DNA from: Coriobacteriia bacterium
GTDB taxonomy: Bacteria; Actinomycetota; Coriobacteriia; Anaerosomatales; JAAXUF01
Reading direction: 5' to 3'
Assembly: GCA_038245725.1 (NCBI GenBank)
Contig: JBBRSD010000009.1
Location: forward strand, 2,918 to 66,917
DNA length: 64,000 nt
The notes under the pieces are model-generated. The model was not told where the DNA came from. It made no database searches and saw only the letters and a list, made by a program, of their open reading frames with translations. The position numbers and the translations under genes are program-made. Shown here one piece after another: positions 26,795-36,604 of the stretch (position 1 is its first letter; each line of letters starts with the position of its first letter).

Positions 26795-27208
26795 CTATAT
26801 CGACTGTCCGAGCTGACGGTCGGGGCAGAAGCACAGCGAGACCGAGTTGATGCAATATCGCAAACCGGTGGGCTCGGGCCCATCGCCAAAAACGTGGCCG
26901 AGATGACCACCGCATGCAGCGCACCGCACCTCAACCCGGTGCATCCCAAGCGTGTCATCGACGTGCTCGGTGACCAGACGGGGTTCGATCGGCGCGTAGA
27001 AACTCGGCCACCCGCAGCCCGAGTGGAACTTCGTCTCGGAGGTGAACAGCTTCGTCCCACAACCGGCACACTCGTAGTAGCCGGGTTCGGTCAGATCCGT
27101 GAGCGCGCCCGAGTACGCTGGTTCCGTGCCCGCGCGGCGTAGCACGCGGAACTCCTCAGGCGTGAGCATCTCGCGCCATTCATCGTCGGAGCGATCGATC
27201 CTGACCAT
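26795..27208 (-). CDS. msrB: Peptide-methionine (R)-S-oxide reductase
   Basis: EEFRVLR..GTE, CAGCGTKLF, GCGWPSF, CAACGGHLGHVF and RYCINS motifs. ATG 27208 lies 7 nt after GGGGAGG. Confidence 0.92.
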   Translation of the reverse strand: MVRIDRSDDEWREMLTPEEFRVLRRAGTEPAYSGALTDLTEPGYYECAGCGTKLFTSETKFHSGCGWPSFYAPIEPRLVTEHVDDTLGMHRVEVRCAACGGHLGHVFGDGPEPTGLRYCINSVSLCFCPDRQLGQSI

Positions 27209-27306
27209 GCGCACGCCTCCCCAGGCTGCGGCGATCTTCCCTCGGCGAGTGTACTACTTCGACAGAGCAGGTCGCGCATCCTGAGAAGGAATGGCACATT
27301 CGGCGA

Positions 27307-28026
27307 TCAGAACGCCGAGCAGCCAGCCCCGCCAGTCGAGCTCCCGCCCCGGGAGATCAGTCGCGTGCGCCCGGCCTCGCTCAGACCGAAGGCGTCGATC
27401 TCGCGGTCGAGCTGCACGCGGGTTCCGTCGCCAGCGACGTAGCCGTTGACGCGGGCCGCGGCGCTGCTCTCGCGGATCGCGGCCTCGTCGCCACCGAACA
27501 TCTCGGCGAACTCGCGTCCAAGCACACGGTCGTTTCGCAGGTAGTATTTCTGGTGGTAGTCCTCGGCGAGCCAGAAACGGCTCAGCAGCTCGATGCGAGT
27601 GGCGAGTTCGCCGACGCCGCGTTTCGCCGCGAAAACGGCCGCCCGCTCCTGGGCGACGGCAAGTTGCTCGGAGTCACGTGCGAGCACAAGCGAGGCGTAC
27701 TGCGCCTTGTGCGCCCGCCATGTGGGGTTGTGCGACTCGAACGCAAGATCGACGAGATCGGCATAGCGAACCACGCTCGGGTCGAAATCGACCTGAAAGC
27801 ACTCGGTCTGATCGCCAAGCCCGTGATACGTGGGATTCTCGCGGTCGCCACCAGCGTAGCCGACCCGGGTTCTCCAGACTCCTTCGACGATCCCGAACCG
27901 GGCGTCAGGTGTCCAGAATCAACCCACGCCGAACGTAGTCGTGGCAAGGTTCGCAGGGGCAAGCGCGTCGAACGGCGGCGGTGACAGCGGCCGCACGGTC
28001 CGCCCCTGGCGGAGTGATTCGAACAT
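27307..28026 (-). CDS. msrA: Peptide-methionine (S)-S-oxide reductase with in-frame TGA (27919-27921) at the catalytic Cys position; candidate selenoprotein
   Basis: ATG 28026 has a GAGGAG RBS. My translation reads ...ATTTFGVG-TGA-FWTPDARFGIVEGVWRTRVGYAGGDRENPTYHGLGDQTECFQVDFDP...FWLAEDYHQKYY. It aligns with the MsrA GCFW active site and the GYxGGxxxNPTY and DYHQ motifs. The track shows only the 3' part (27307-27774). Confidence 0.8.
27877..27913 (-). promoter_or_regulatory. Putative bacterial SECIS stem-loop downstream of the msrA UGA
   Basis: The mRNA GACACCU-GACG-CCC-GGUUC-GGG-AU-CGUC-GA-AGGAGUC starts 6 nt after the UGA. It forms about 14 bp of imperfect stem. The apical loop GGUUC starts 20 nt after the UGA and begins with G. 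Confidence 0.45.
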
Positions 28027-28080
28027 GTCGTAGCTCCTCTCGGTATACCGATAAGGAGTGCAAATGCCGCACCAGCTGAG

Positions 28081-29313
28081 CTAGTGCTCGGACTTATCGA
28101 GTTCGTTCGCGAGCTGCTCGAGAAACAGGCCCACGTCGGTGACAATACCCACCGTTTGCCAACTGCCACGATCGGCGAGTTTGGTGACGACCGCCGGGTT
28201 GATGTCGACGCATACCGTCGTCGTCGAAGCCGGCAGCATGTTCCCGGTCGCGATCGAATGCAGCATCGTCGACAGCATCAGGCACGCACCGGCACTCTGC
28301 GCGTAGACGCGCATGGCGTTCTGCGCCTCGATCGCGTCAGTGATCACGTCGGGCAATGGCCCGTCGTCACGGATCGAACCGGCGAGCACGAACGGCGTGC
28401 CCTTCTTGACCAGCGTGTACATGAGGCCCTTCGTGATGACTCCTGCCTCGACCGCGGCGCGGATCGAGCCATAGCCGCGCACCGTGTTGATGGCGCGCAG
28501 GTGATGCTCGTGTCCGCCAAGCGTGGGGACGCCATCCTCGAGCCCGACCCCCAGCGACGTCCCGAACAGCGCACTCTCGATGTCGTGCGTCGCCACGGCG
28601 TTGCCCCCGAAGAGCACGGTGATGTAGCCCATCTCGACGAGCCTCGCGAGTTCGCCGGCCGCCCCCGTGTGTACGACGGCGGGCCCCACGACAGCAATCA
28701 CGTCCTTGTGCGCCGAGCGCGCGTCGCGCAGCATCTTCGCGACGTCGGCAACCACCTGCGCCTTCGGCTTCTCCGAGGAGACCGCGCTCGACATGAACTC
28801 GAACGCCTGCTTGTCTCGGGGACGCTCCTGAGGGTGCACCCTAATACCGACGCGACCGACCACGAGCGTATCGCCCGCACGTACGTCGGCCATCGGCACG
28901 GTCGCTGCATCGCACCCTCCGACGGCAACACGCACGCCCAGGTCCATCTCGGGATTGGCGACGCGCACCCAACTCCCGGCAATGCGGACGTCGGTCTCCA
29001 TGTTCGTCGTGGAGTAGAAGTGGTCGGGTAGCACACCGTCCTGCGAAGCAATCGCCAGCCCGGCGTCGGAAGGATCGACTGAGAACACGCCGTGCTCCTG
29101 AATGACGCCCAGGATCTCGTTCAGATGCGTCTGGTCGTTGCCCCGAACGCGCAGGACCGCCACGGAGGAGTCATCGTTCGTCCGACCGACATCGAACGAG
29201 AGTGTTTCGAACTCCCCGCCCATCGCGATGATGTTGTCCATCACCTGAGACATGATGCCTGAATCGATGAGATGGCCCTCGATCCGGACCTCTTCGAATA
29301 CGTCTTGCTGCAT
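28081..29313 (-). CDS. TIGR00300 / LOR-SDH-conserved-region family protein (function uncertain)
   Basis: 410 aa, beginning MQQDVFEEVRIEGHLIDSGIMSQVMD..., with ...VVGPAVVHTGA...LFGGNAVATHD...GGHEHHLRAIN. ATG 29313 follows GGGGAGGG. The family assignment is from memory. Confidence 0.7.
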   Translation of the reverse strand: MQQDVFEEVRIEGHLIDSGIMSQVMDNIIAMGGEFETLSFDVGRTNDDSSVAVLRVRGNDQTHLNEILGVIQEHGVFSVDPSDAGLAIASQDGVLPDHFYSTTNMETDVRIAGSWVRVANPEMDLGVRVAVGGCDAATVPMADVRAGDTLVVGRVGIRVHPQERPRDKQAFEFMSSAVSSEKPKAQVVADVAKMLRDARSAHKDVIAVVGPAVVHTGAAGELARLVEMGYITVLFGGNAVATHDIESALFGTSLGVGLEDGVPTLGGHEHHLRAINTVRGYGSIRAAVEAGVITKGLMYTLVKKGTPFVLAGSIRDDGPLPDVITDAIEAQNAMRVYAQSAGACLMLSTMLHSIATGNMLPASTTTVCVDINPAVVTKLADRGSWQTVGIVTDVGLFLEQLANELDKSEH

Positions 29314-29432
29314 GAACCCTCCCCGCCGGCGGATACGACACCCGAGCGCACTACGAGACGCGGTGGTGTTGCTGCATAGAGCAGTATCCACGAGATTCCG
29401 ACGCTGGGAAAGTTGGCAGGTGGCGCTTGCCG

Positions 29433-29864
29433 CTAGGGAGCGTCGTAGCTGCCATGCGGCCCGAGCGACCCGAAGACGCACGGTATGACGCTGCCGCTCG
29501 AGTCGAGCGTGTACGCGCCTTCAGCCGCGGTGGGATCGCTCAGAACGACGGGTACGGGAGCGTTGGGGCAATGAGGCGCCCGCAAGATGTAGCCGCCGGC
29601 AACGAACGTGTGGCTCAAGTTCACGACGCCGGCGAGCGAGGAGACGGTGTTGTGATTCGGGTCGAGCAGCCAAGTATTGGTGACGCCCTCTATTGTTCGC
29701 TGGTTCGAGAAGCAGGCCTTCGTGTCGGCGGCACCCACGGCCGCGACAAATGTCGGAATAGCGATGGTCAGGAGGATCCCGATGATGAGCACGACGAACA
29801 TGATCTCGGGCAGCGTGAAACCGCCGTCCAGCATCACGTCTCTGCAGCGCTCAACGTCCCTCAT
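29433..29864 (-). CDS. Prepilin-type N-terminal cleavage/methylation domain protein (type IV pilin-like)
   Basis: GGFTLPEIMFVVLIIGILLTIAIPTF is a class III signal with Glu at +5. Start is uncertain (ATG 29864, ATG 29834 or GTG 29885). Confidence 0.7.
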   Translation of the reverse strand: MRDVERCRDVMLDGGFTLPEIMFVVLIIGILLTIAIPTFVAAVGAADTKACFSNQRTIEGVTNTWLLDPNHNTVSSLAGVVNLSHTFVAGGYILRAPHCPNAPVPVVLSDPTAAEGAYTLDSSGSVIPCVFGSLGPHGSYDAP

Positions 29865-29927
29865 CAGGTGCCGAACCTCCCCCACAGGCGGTCATACATA
29901 TTCCCGTATATATCGGCCTGCGGGGAA

Positions 29928-30389
29928 CTACCCTTGAGCCAGCGTCTTCTTGAACGCCACGACGCGTTCCCGGTACTCCGGCATCGAGCTGCCCAGGATC
30001 TGCGTCGCGAGAATCGCCGCGTTCTTCGCACCGTTGATCGCGACGCAGGCCACGGGTACGCCGGTCGGCATCTGGACCATGGACAGCAGCGAGTCGAGAC
30101 CGCCGAGGTCGCTCGTCTTCATCGGCACCGCGATCACCGGCAACGGCGTGAATGCAGCGACGACGCCTCCGAGATGAGCAGCCTTGCCCGCGGCTGCGAT
30201 GATGACCTTCATGCCGCGGTCCGCCGCACCTGATGCCCACTCGCGCACGCGGTCGGGGTCGCGATGTGCGCTCGCGATGACGAGCTCGAAGGGGACTCCG
30301 AGTTCATCGAGTTGCCTGCCGCACTCCTCCATGACGCCGAGGTCGGATTTCGACCCCATGATGATGCCGACGAGCGGCGTCTCGGCCAT
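29928..30389 (-). CDS. purE: 5-(carboxyamino)imidazole ribonucleotide mutase
   Basis: [47 protein letters not shown]. Confidence 0.93.
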   Translation of the reverse strand: MAETPLVGIIMGSKSDLGVMEECGRQLDELGVPFELVIASAHRDPDRVREWASGAADRGMKVIIAAAGKAAHLGGVVAAFTPLPVIAVPMKTSDLGGLDSLLSMVQMPTGVPVACVAINGAKNAAILATQILGSSMPEYRERVVAFKKTLAQG

Positions 30390-30549
30390 CGATTCCTCCC
30401 GGTCGCGAATGCATCAGCGAGGCGGCAACGCGTCGCGCACCTGCTCCTCGGCGGAAAGCGTATCAGAATCCGTGATCACCGAGGTCCTGCGAGTCGCAAG
30501 CCACACGCCGAGAAGCGACTGCGACGTCCAGCGTCCCATCGTCGCGTGC

Positions 30550-31914
30550 CTACGGAACGGGCAGCTCCTGCGCCGTTTCGGTGTCACTGGCGCCTTGCGC
30601 GAGCGGGTGCTGGACGCAGCCCCGACCGTCCTCCCCATCGCCGAACAGCAGCTCTCGCTCGACCGGAGAGAGCGCCGATCGCGCCTGGTCTCGGAGGTTG
30701 TTCACCCCAACGAAGAATTCGCGCATCATCGAGACGAGCAGGTAGCGGCCCTTCGGTGAGAGCACGAACTTCTGCGAGTTGTCGACGTCAAAAGCCCCGA
30801 CCGAACGCATATAGGCGAGCTCGACGGGCAGCGCGAGATCGATCGGCACGCGGAAGTCGCGCAGGAAGGCCTGCTTGTCCAAGCTCATGCCGAACAGCGA
30901 CATGAGAAATCGGTATCGCATGCGGTCGTGGAGGCTGAAGACACGCTTCTGGAGTGCAGGCGTCTTTCCCTGCCCGATCCGCTCGGCATGCCGCGCGAGC
31001 GAGAACGAGTTCACGTACAGGGTGCCGTTGAGGAAGCTGAACGCTCCGGAGCCGAGGCCCACGTAGTCTTCGTAGTCGACGATGTACTCGTCGATCATCC
31101 CGCCGCCTGTGCGGGAGAAGGTCCACGCGCTGGCCGGCTCGAATGTATCGCTCATCCCGCTGGAAATCTGCTCGTAGTAGCGAGCCTCGCGGGCGTAGTC
31201 GACCTTGCCCACCGTGCGCCTGAGCGACTCCGCCACGGCCGGCGAAGCCATGAGCGGGTAGAACGTGACCTGGTTAGCACCCGTGCGCTTTACCAACTCG
31301 ATGTCGGCCAGGAGCTTCTCAGGAGTTTGGCTGGGGAAGTTGAAGATCATGTCGACGTTGAGTGAGTGGAAACGGCCCTCGATCGACTGGAGCCGCTCGA
31401 GGATCTCGTACGCCGAGCCATACTTGTCGTAGCGGTCCATCTGCCGCAGCAACTCGTCGTCGAGCGATTGCACGCCCACGCTGAATCGGTCGACGCGATC
31501 TACGAGCGGATCAACCCACTGCGGATACAGGTGGTTCGGGTTCGTTTCCGAGGAGACCTCTCGAATCGAGAAAAGCTCCTTGGCCAAGTCGATCGTGGCG
31601 ACGAGTTCGTTGACGTCAATAGTAGGGGTGCCTCCGCCGACGTACATCGACTGGAAGTCGTAGCCGAGGTCGGCGACCATTCGGATCTCTTCGCGCAGGT
31701 CTTTGAAATAGCGGGTCGCCCGCTCCGAGTCGTAGGGGAAGCGGTTGAACGAGCAGTACGGGCACAGCCGCTCGCAGAAGGGGATGTGCACGTAGAGAAG
31801 GTATGGGCGGCCCGGGACGGGCGCTGGAAGGCGGTCGATACCCGACGGCTTCAGCGTCAGATATGCATTGTTCGCTCGGCGCATTACCGATGAGAGAACT
31901 CTCTCCGAGAGCAT
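30550..31914 (-). CDS. Radical SAM HemN/HemW-like protein
   Basis: YVHIPFCERLCPYCSF (CxxxCxxC), GGGTP, and a HemN_C-like C-terminus. Confidence 0.85.
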   Translation of the reverse strand: MLSERVLSSVMRRANNAYLTLKPSGIDRLPAPVPGRPYLLYVHIPFCERLCPYCSFNRFPYDSERATRYFKDLREEIRMVADLGYDFQSMYVGGGTPTIDVNELVATIDLAKELFSIREVSSETNPNHLYPQWVDPLVDRVDRFSVGVQSLDDELLRQMDRYDKYGSAYEILERLQSIEGRFHSLNVDMIFNFPSQTPEKLLADIELVKRTGANQVTFYPLMASPAVAESLRRTVGKVDYAREARYYEQISSGMSDTFEPASAWTFSRTGGGMIDEYIVDYEDYVGLGSGAFSFLNGTLYVNSFSLARHAERIGQGKTPALQKRVFSLHDRMRYRFLMSLFGMSLDKQAFLRDFRVPIDLALPVELAYMRSVGAFDVDNSQKFVLSPKGRYLLVSMMREFFVGVNNLRDQARSALSPVERELLFGDGEDGRGCVQHPLAQGASDTETAQELPVP

Positions 31915-31944
31915 GTTCTGGGGTCGCTCCTTGGATGTAGGTTG

Positions 31945-33237
31945 TTACTCGCCTCGTGCGCTCTTTTGGAGCGCCCGGTGCCCGATGTCGCGGCGGAAGA
32001 ACGCCCTGTCGAACGTGATCCGCCCCACCGCATCGTAAGCCTTATCGATGGCATCTTTGTAGGTGTTGCCGAATGCGGTGACGTTGAGCACGCGTCCGCC
32101 AGCTGTCACGAGCATGCCGTCCTCGGTAAGCTTGGTGCCTGCGTGATAGACGATAACACCGGGAACCGACTGGGCCTCGGCGATACCTAGGATCGGCTTG
32201 CCGGTGTCATAGTCGCCCGGATACCCGCCGCTCGCCATGACCACCGAGACCGCAACATTCCCGCTCCAGTCCAGGTCGCCGAGCGACTCAAGCTTACCGA
32301 CCGCGGTGGCGTAGAGCACCTCGGCAAGGTCGGTCTCGAGTCGCGGAAGCAGGACTTGGGTCTCCGGATCACCGAAGCGGGTGTTGTACTCGAGCACCTT
32401 GGGACCCTCCGGCGTGAGGATGAACCCGCCGTAGAGCACGCCTCGGAAGTCGATATGCTCGTCGGCGAGCGCGTTTGCGGTGCGCCGCATGATCTCGGCC
32501 ATCTTCGCGTGGTCGCCCGATGAGATGCCGGGAACCGGCGAGTAGACACCCATGCCGCCGGTATTTGGACCGGTGTCGCCATCGCCGACTCGCTTGTGGT
32601 CCTGCGCTGGCGCCATCAACCGTGCGGTTCTGCCGTCGACGAATGCGAGCAGCGAGACCTCGGGGCCCTCGAGGTATTCCTCGATGATGACGGTGGCGCC
32701 AGCATCTCCGAAACGGCCGCCGAAACACTCCTCGACAGCATCGCGTGCCTCCTCAAGAGACATCGCCACGAACACGCCTTTGCCTGCGGCCAGGCCGTCG
32801 GCCTTGACCACGACCGGAGCTCCGATGCTGTCGAGAAACGCAAGCGCCTCGCTTCGCTCCGTGAAGCTCTCGGCGTCCGCCGTGGGGATGTGATTGCGCA
32901 CCATCAGGCTCTTCGCGAAGGACTTGCTGCCTTCCAGGCGTGCGCCCGAAGCTCCCGGGCCGAACGTCGCGATCCCGGCCGCGCGCAGCTCATCGGCGAG
33001 ACCCGCCACGAGCGGAACCTCAGGGCCGATGACCACGAGGTCCAGAGCGTTGTGGCGAGCGAACGCGACGACTGCGTCTCCGTCGGCGGTGTCCAGCATG
33101 ACGTTGGTGGTGACCCGCTCGGTTGCGGTGCCGCCGTTGCCGGGCGCGGCGAAGATCGCATCAACCTGCGGCGACTCTGCAAGCGCATGCACGATCGCGT
33201 GCTCGCGGCCGCCGGAACCGATGACAAGGATGCGCAT
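31945..33237 (-). CDS. purD: Phosphoribosylamine-glycine ligase
   Basis: MRILVIGSGGREHAIVHAL, APGNGG, ATP-grasp core, TGPNTGGMG. Confidence 0.95.
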   Translation of the reverse strand: MRILVIGSGGREHAIVHALAESPQVDAIFAAPGNGGTATERVTTNVMLDTADGDAVVAFARHNALDLVVIGPEVPLVAGLADELRAAGIATFGPGASGARLEGSKSFAKSLMVRNHIPTADAESFTERSEALAFLDSIGAPVVVKADGLAAGKGVFVAMSLEEARDAVEECFGGRFGDAGATVIIEEYLEGPEVSLLAFVDGRTARLMAPAQDHKRVGDGDTGPNTGGMGVYSPVPGISSGDHAKMAEIMRRTANALADEHIDFRGVLYGGFILTPEGPKVLEYNTRFGDPETQVLLPRLETDLAEVLYATAVGKLESLGDLDWSGNVAVSVVMASGGYPGDYDTGKPILGIAEAQSVPGVIVYHAGTKLTEDGMLVTAGGRVLNVTAFGNTYKDAIDKAYDAVGRITFDRAFFRRDIGHRALQKSARGE

Positions 33238-33288
33238 GCAAACCACCTTCTGACGAGAAGGGACAGCTGGCCGGAAGATGCCCGGAGC

Positions 33289-34902
33289 TTACGCCTTTGA
33301 GGCCGACGCGGTCTGCGTCACCGCGAACTTCGGCGTCACTCGGTATCCCAGCGGGATGCCGAGCATCAGACGCGTCTGTGCCTCGAGCGCCGGCAGCGTG
33401 CCGAGATAGAAGCCTATCAGCGGCAGCATCGGCCACAGCAAGAGAATCTCGAGCGCGGTCTTAGCTTTGCTGACACCGTCAGGCGGTGGGCAACGCCACA
33501 GCTCGAAGATGATGGTCGCAGCCATCGAAAGCCCGCCGAGGGTGAACATCACCCGCAGCACGGTGACGTTGTGGGCGATCGATGCGTGGTAGCCAAGGTC
33601 GTACCAGTGCAGGGTTGCGTAGTACGCCATCAAGAGGTAGACGCTCACGAGCACGAACCACATCGCGACACGCATGACGTGATCGTGCAGCACCTGGCCG
33701 AAGCGGAATGCTGTCGATGAGCGCATCGAACTGGGGCGCTCTGTGAGCTGGCCCACGATGTAGCCGACGTCCTCGGCACCCCACGCGTGACGCTTGACCT
33801 GGTGGAAGCGGCTGACCATGGCGTCCTTGAAGCCGTCGCCGTCGGTGGCGTCAGCCAGAGTGGGAAGGAAGACCGCGTGCGTGGTGATCTCCTCGCCCGT
33901 CTCGAAGAGGCAGTTGAGGTACTCGTGCCAGTCCTCCGGGATGACGGCCGGATCCCACCAGCCACACCGCTCGGCAAGGCTGAGGGAAAGCGTGTAAGTG
34001 GAGATGGGCAGCGGGTTGTAGAACGGCATCGCGAGTTCGGCGACCTGCACCGCGTGCGAGAGCCATGTGGTGAAGCGGATGGGTGCAGGGACCTGCCAGA
34101 TGTTGTTGTAGTAGAGCAGCGGCGCCTGCCAGAAGCTTAGGTGGCGGTGGGCCTCCTGGGCGAATTTCTGCCCGATCGCGGAGAAGTACTTCGGGTGCAG
34201 GATCGAGTCTGCATCGCACGAAGTGATCGTCACGAGTTCCGGGTCGAGACCAAGCTCGTTGACCAGCTGGCGGGCGTGCTTAGCGGCCCACGCCTCGTTG
34301 CTCGACTTGCCGGGCTCTTCGCCGACGATGTTGCCGGGGTGCACGGTCACGAGAACGTGCAGGAACTTGTCGGCGTATTCAGCGGCCAGGGCCTCGCCCT
34401 TCGCGCGGGCGTCGGGCTCACGCTCTTCCATGCCGAGCACGGGGATGATGCGCTCGCTTGCGCGGTGTTGTGCAGCGAGTCCGTTGAGGGTACGGCGCAA
34501 GATCTCGTCGGGCTCCTTGTAGTTCGGGATCACGACGATATGGCGAACGACCGAGGGGGCGAAGCCGAACGGCCCCGCCACATCCTCGTCAAGCGTCCAG
34601 TCGCGCTCGCGCGCCTGTCCGGTGAGCTTCTCGCCGTAGAGTGCGAAGCCGAGGGTCGCGAGCATGCGAACCATGAAGTAGGCGATGACCACCGTCGCGA
34701 TGACGAGCCAGACGCGCGGCACGAGCAACGCCCCCAGAAGTGTCAGCGCGATGGCGCTCCACGAGAGAACGCCCGGCAAGGCGTGCCCGAAATTACGGCG
34801 CGAGGTATCCGAGATGTTGATGCCAGTGGTCACATTCACTCCCTGATGGAAAACAGAACCCCTCGAAGCGCAGAAAACGCTTCGAGATATTGTACTCGTC
34901 AC
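33289..34902 (-). CDS. Membrane-bound GT2-family (cellulose-synthase-like) glycosyltransferase
   Basis: N-terminal TM pair, VVIPNYKEPDEIL, SCDADS (DxD), QVKRHAWG (QxxRW-like), and 4 C-terminal TM helices. Confidence 0.7.
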   Translation of the reverse strand: MTSTISRSVFCASRGSVFHQGVNVTTGINISDTSRRNFGHALPGVLSWSAIALTLLGALLVPRVWLVIATVVIAYFMVRMLATLGFALYGEKLTGQARERDWTLDEDVAGPFGFAPSVVRHIVVIPNYKEPDEILRRTLNGLAAQHRASERIIPVLGMEEREPDARAKGEALAAEYADKFLHVLVTVHPGNIVGEEPGKSSNEAWAAKHARQLVNELGLDPELVTITSCDADSILHPKYFSAIGQKFAQEAHRHLSFWQAPLLYYNNIWQVPAPIRFTTWLSHAVQVAELAMPFYNPLPISTYTLSLSLAERCGWWDPAVIPEDWHEYLNCLFETGEEITTHAVFLPTLADATDGDGFKDAMVSRFHQVKRHAWGAEDVGYIVGQLTERPSSMRSSTAFRFGQVLHDHVMRVAMWFVLVSVYLLMAYYATLHWYDLGYHASIAHNVTVLRVMFTLGGLSMAATIIFELWRCPPPDGVSKAKTALEILLLWPMLPLIGFYLGTLPALEAQTRLMLGIPLGYRVTPKFAVTQTASASKA

Positions 34903-34975
34903 GGGGCGGGCGTGCCTCCCCCGAAATAGTGTCGTTACCCGCGGACAGGCAGCACGCCACGAAACGGCAAGGCCG

Positions 34976-36349
<1,374 letters not shown>

Positions 36350-36604
36350 TCAGTATGCCGTACGACAGCCGATGAGCCAAGCGCCAGCGAGTTCCGCCCG
36401 CGCGGAAGGCCGGTCGAAACGATTCGTCATCTCTGAATGACGGCGTACCGAAACTCAGGCCGCGGAAGATAAGAGAACTCTCAGCTCCGTATCATCCATC
36501 CATCACACGCGGTGCCGACCTTTAGGGAGTAGGAGTAGTTTTCACGGACCGTTATCAGCGACCGGACAGGCACCGCGTGCTCGGCCACGGAGGAGACGAT
36601 TGAC

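Noticed and set aside
27775-28026. Interpretation of msrA as a 5'-truncated pseudogene
   Set aside because: The upstream segment keeps a good RBS and ATG and conserved residues. The only lesion is a single TGA exactly at the catalytic Cys codon, followed by a hairpin. That pattern fits Sec recoding better than decay. It remains unproven without seeing the sel genes.
27582-28169. 195-aa minus-strand ORF covering the msrA 5' region in another frame
   Set aside because: No motifs and Arg/Ser-rich. The alternative frame, interrupted only by TGA 27919-27921, reproduces MsrA motifs on both sides of the stop.
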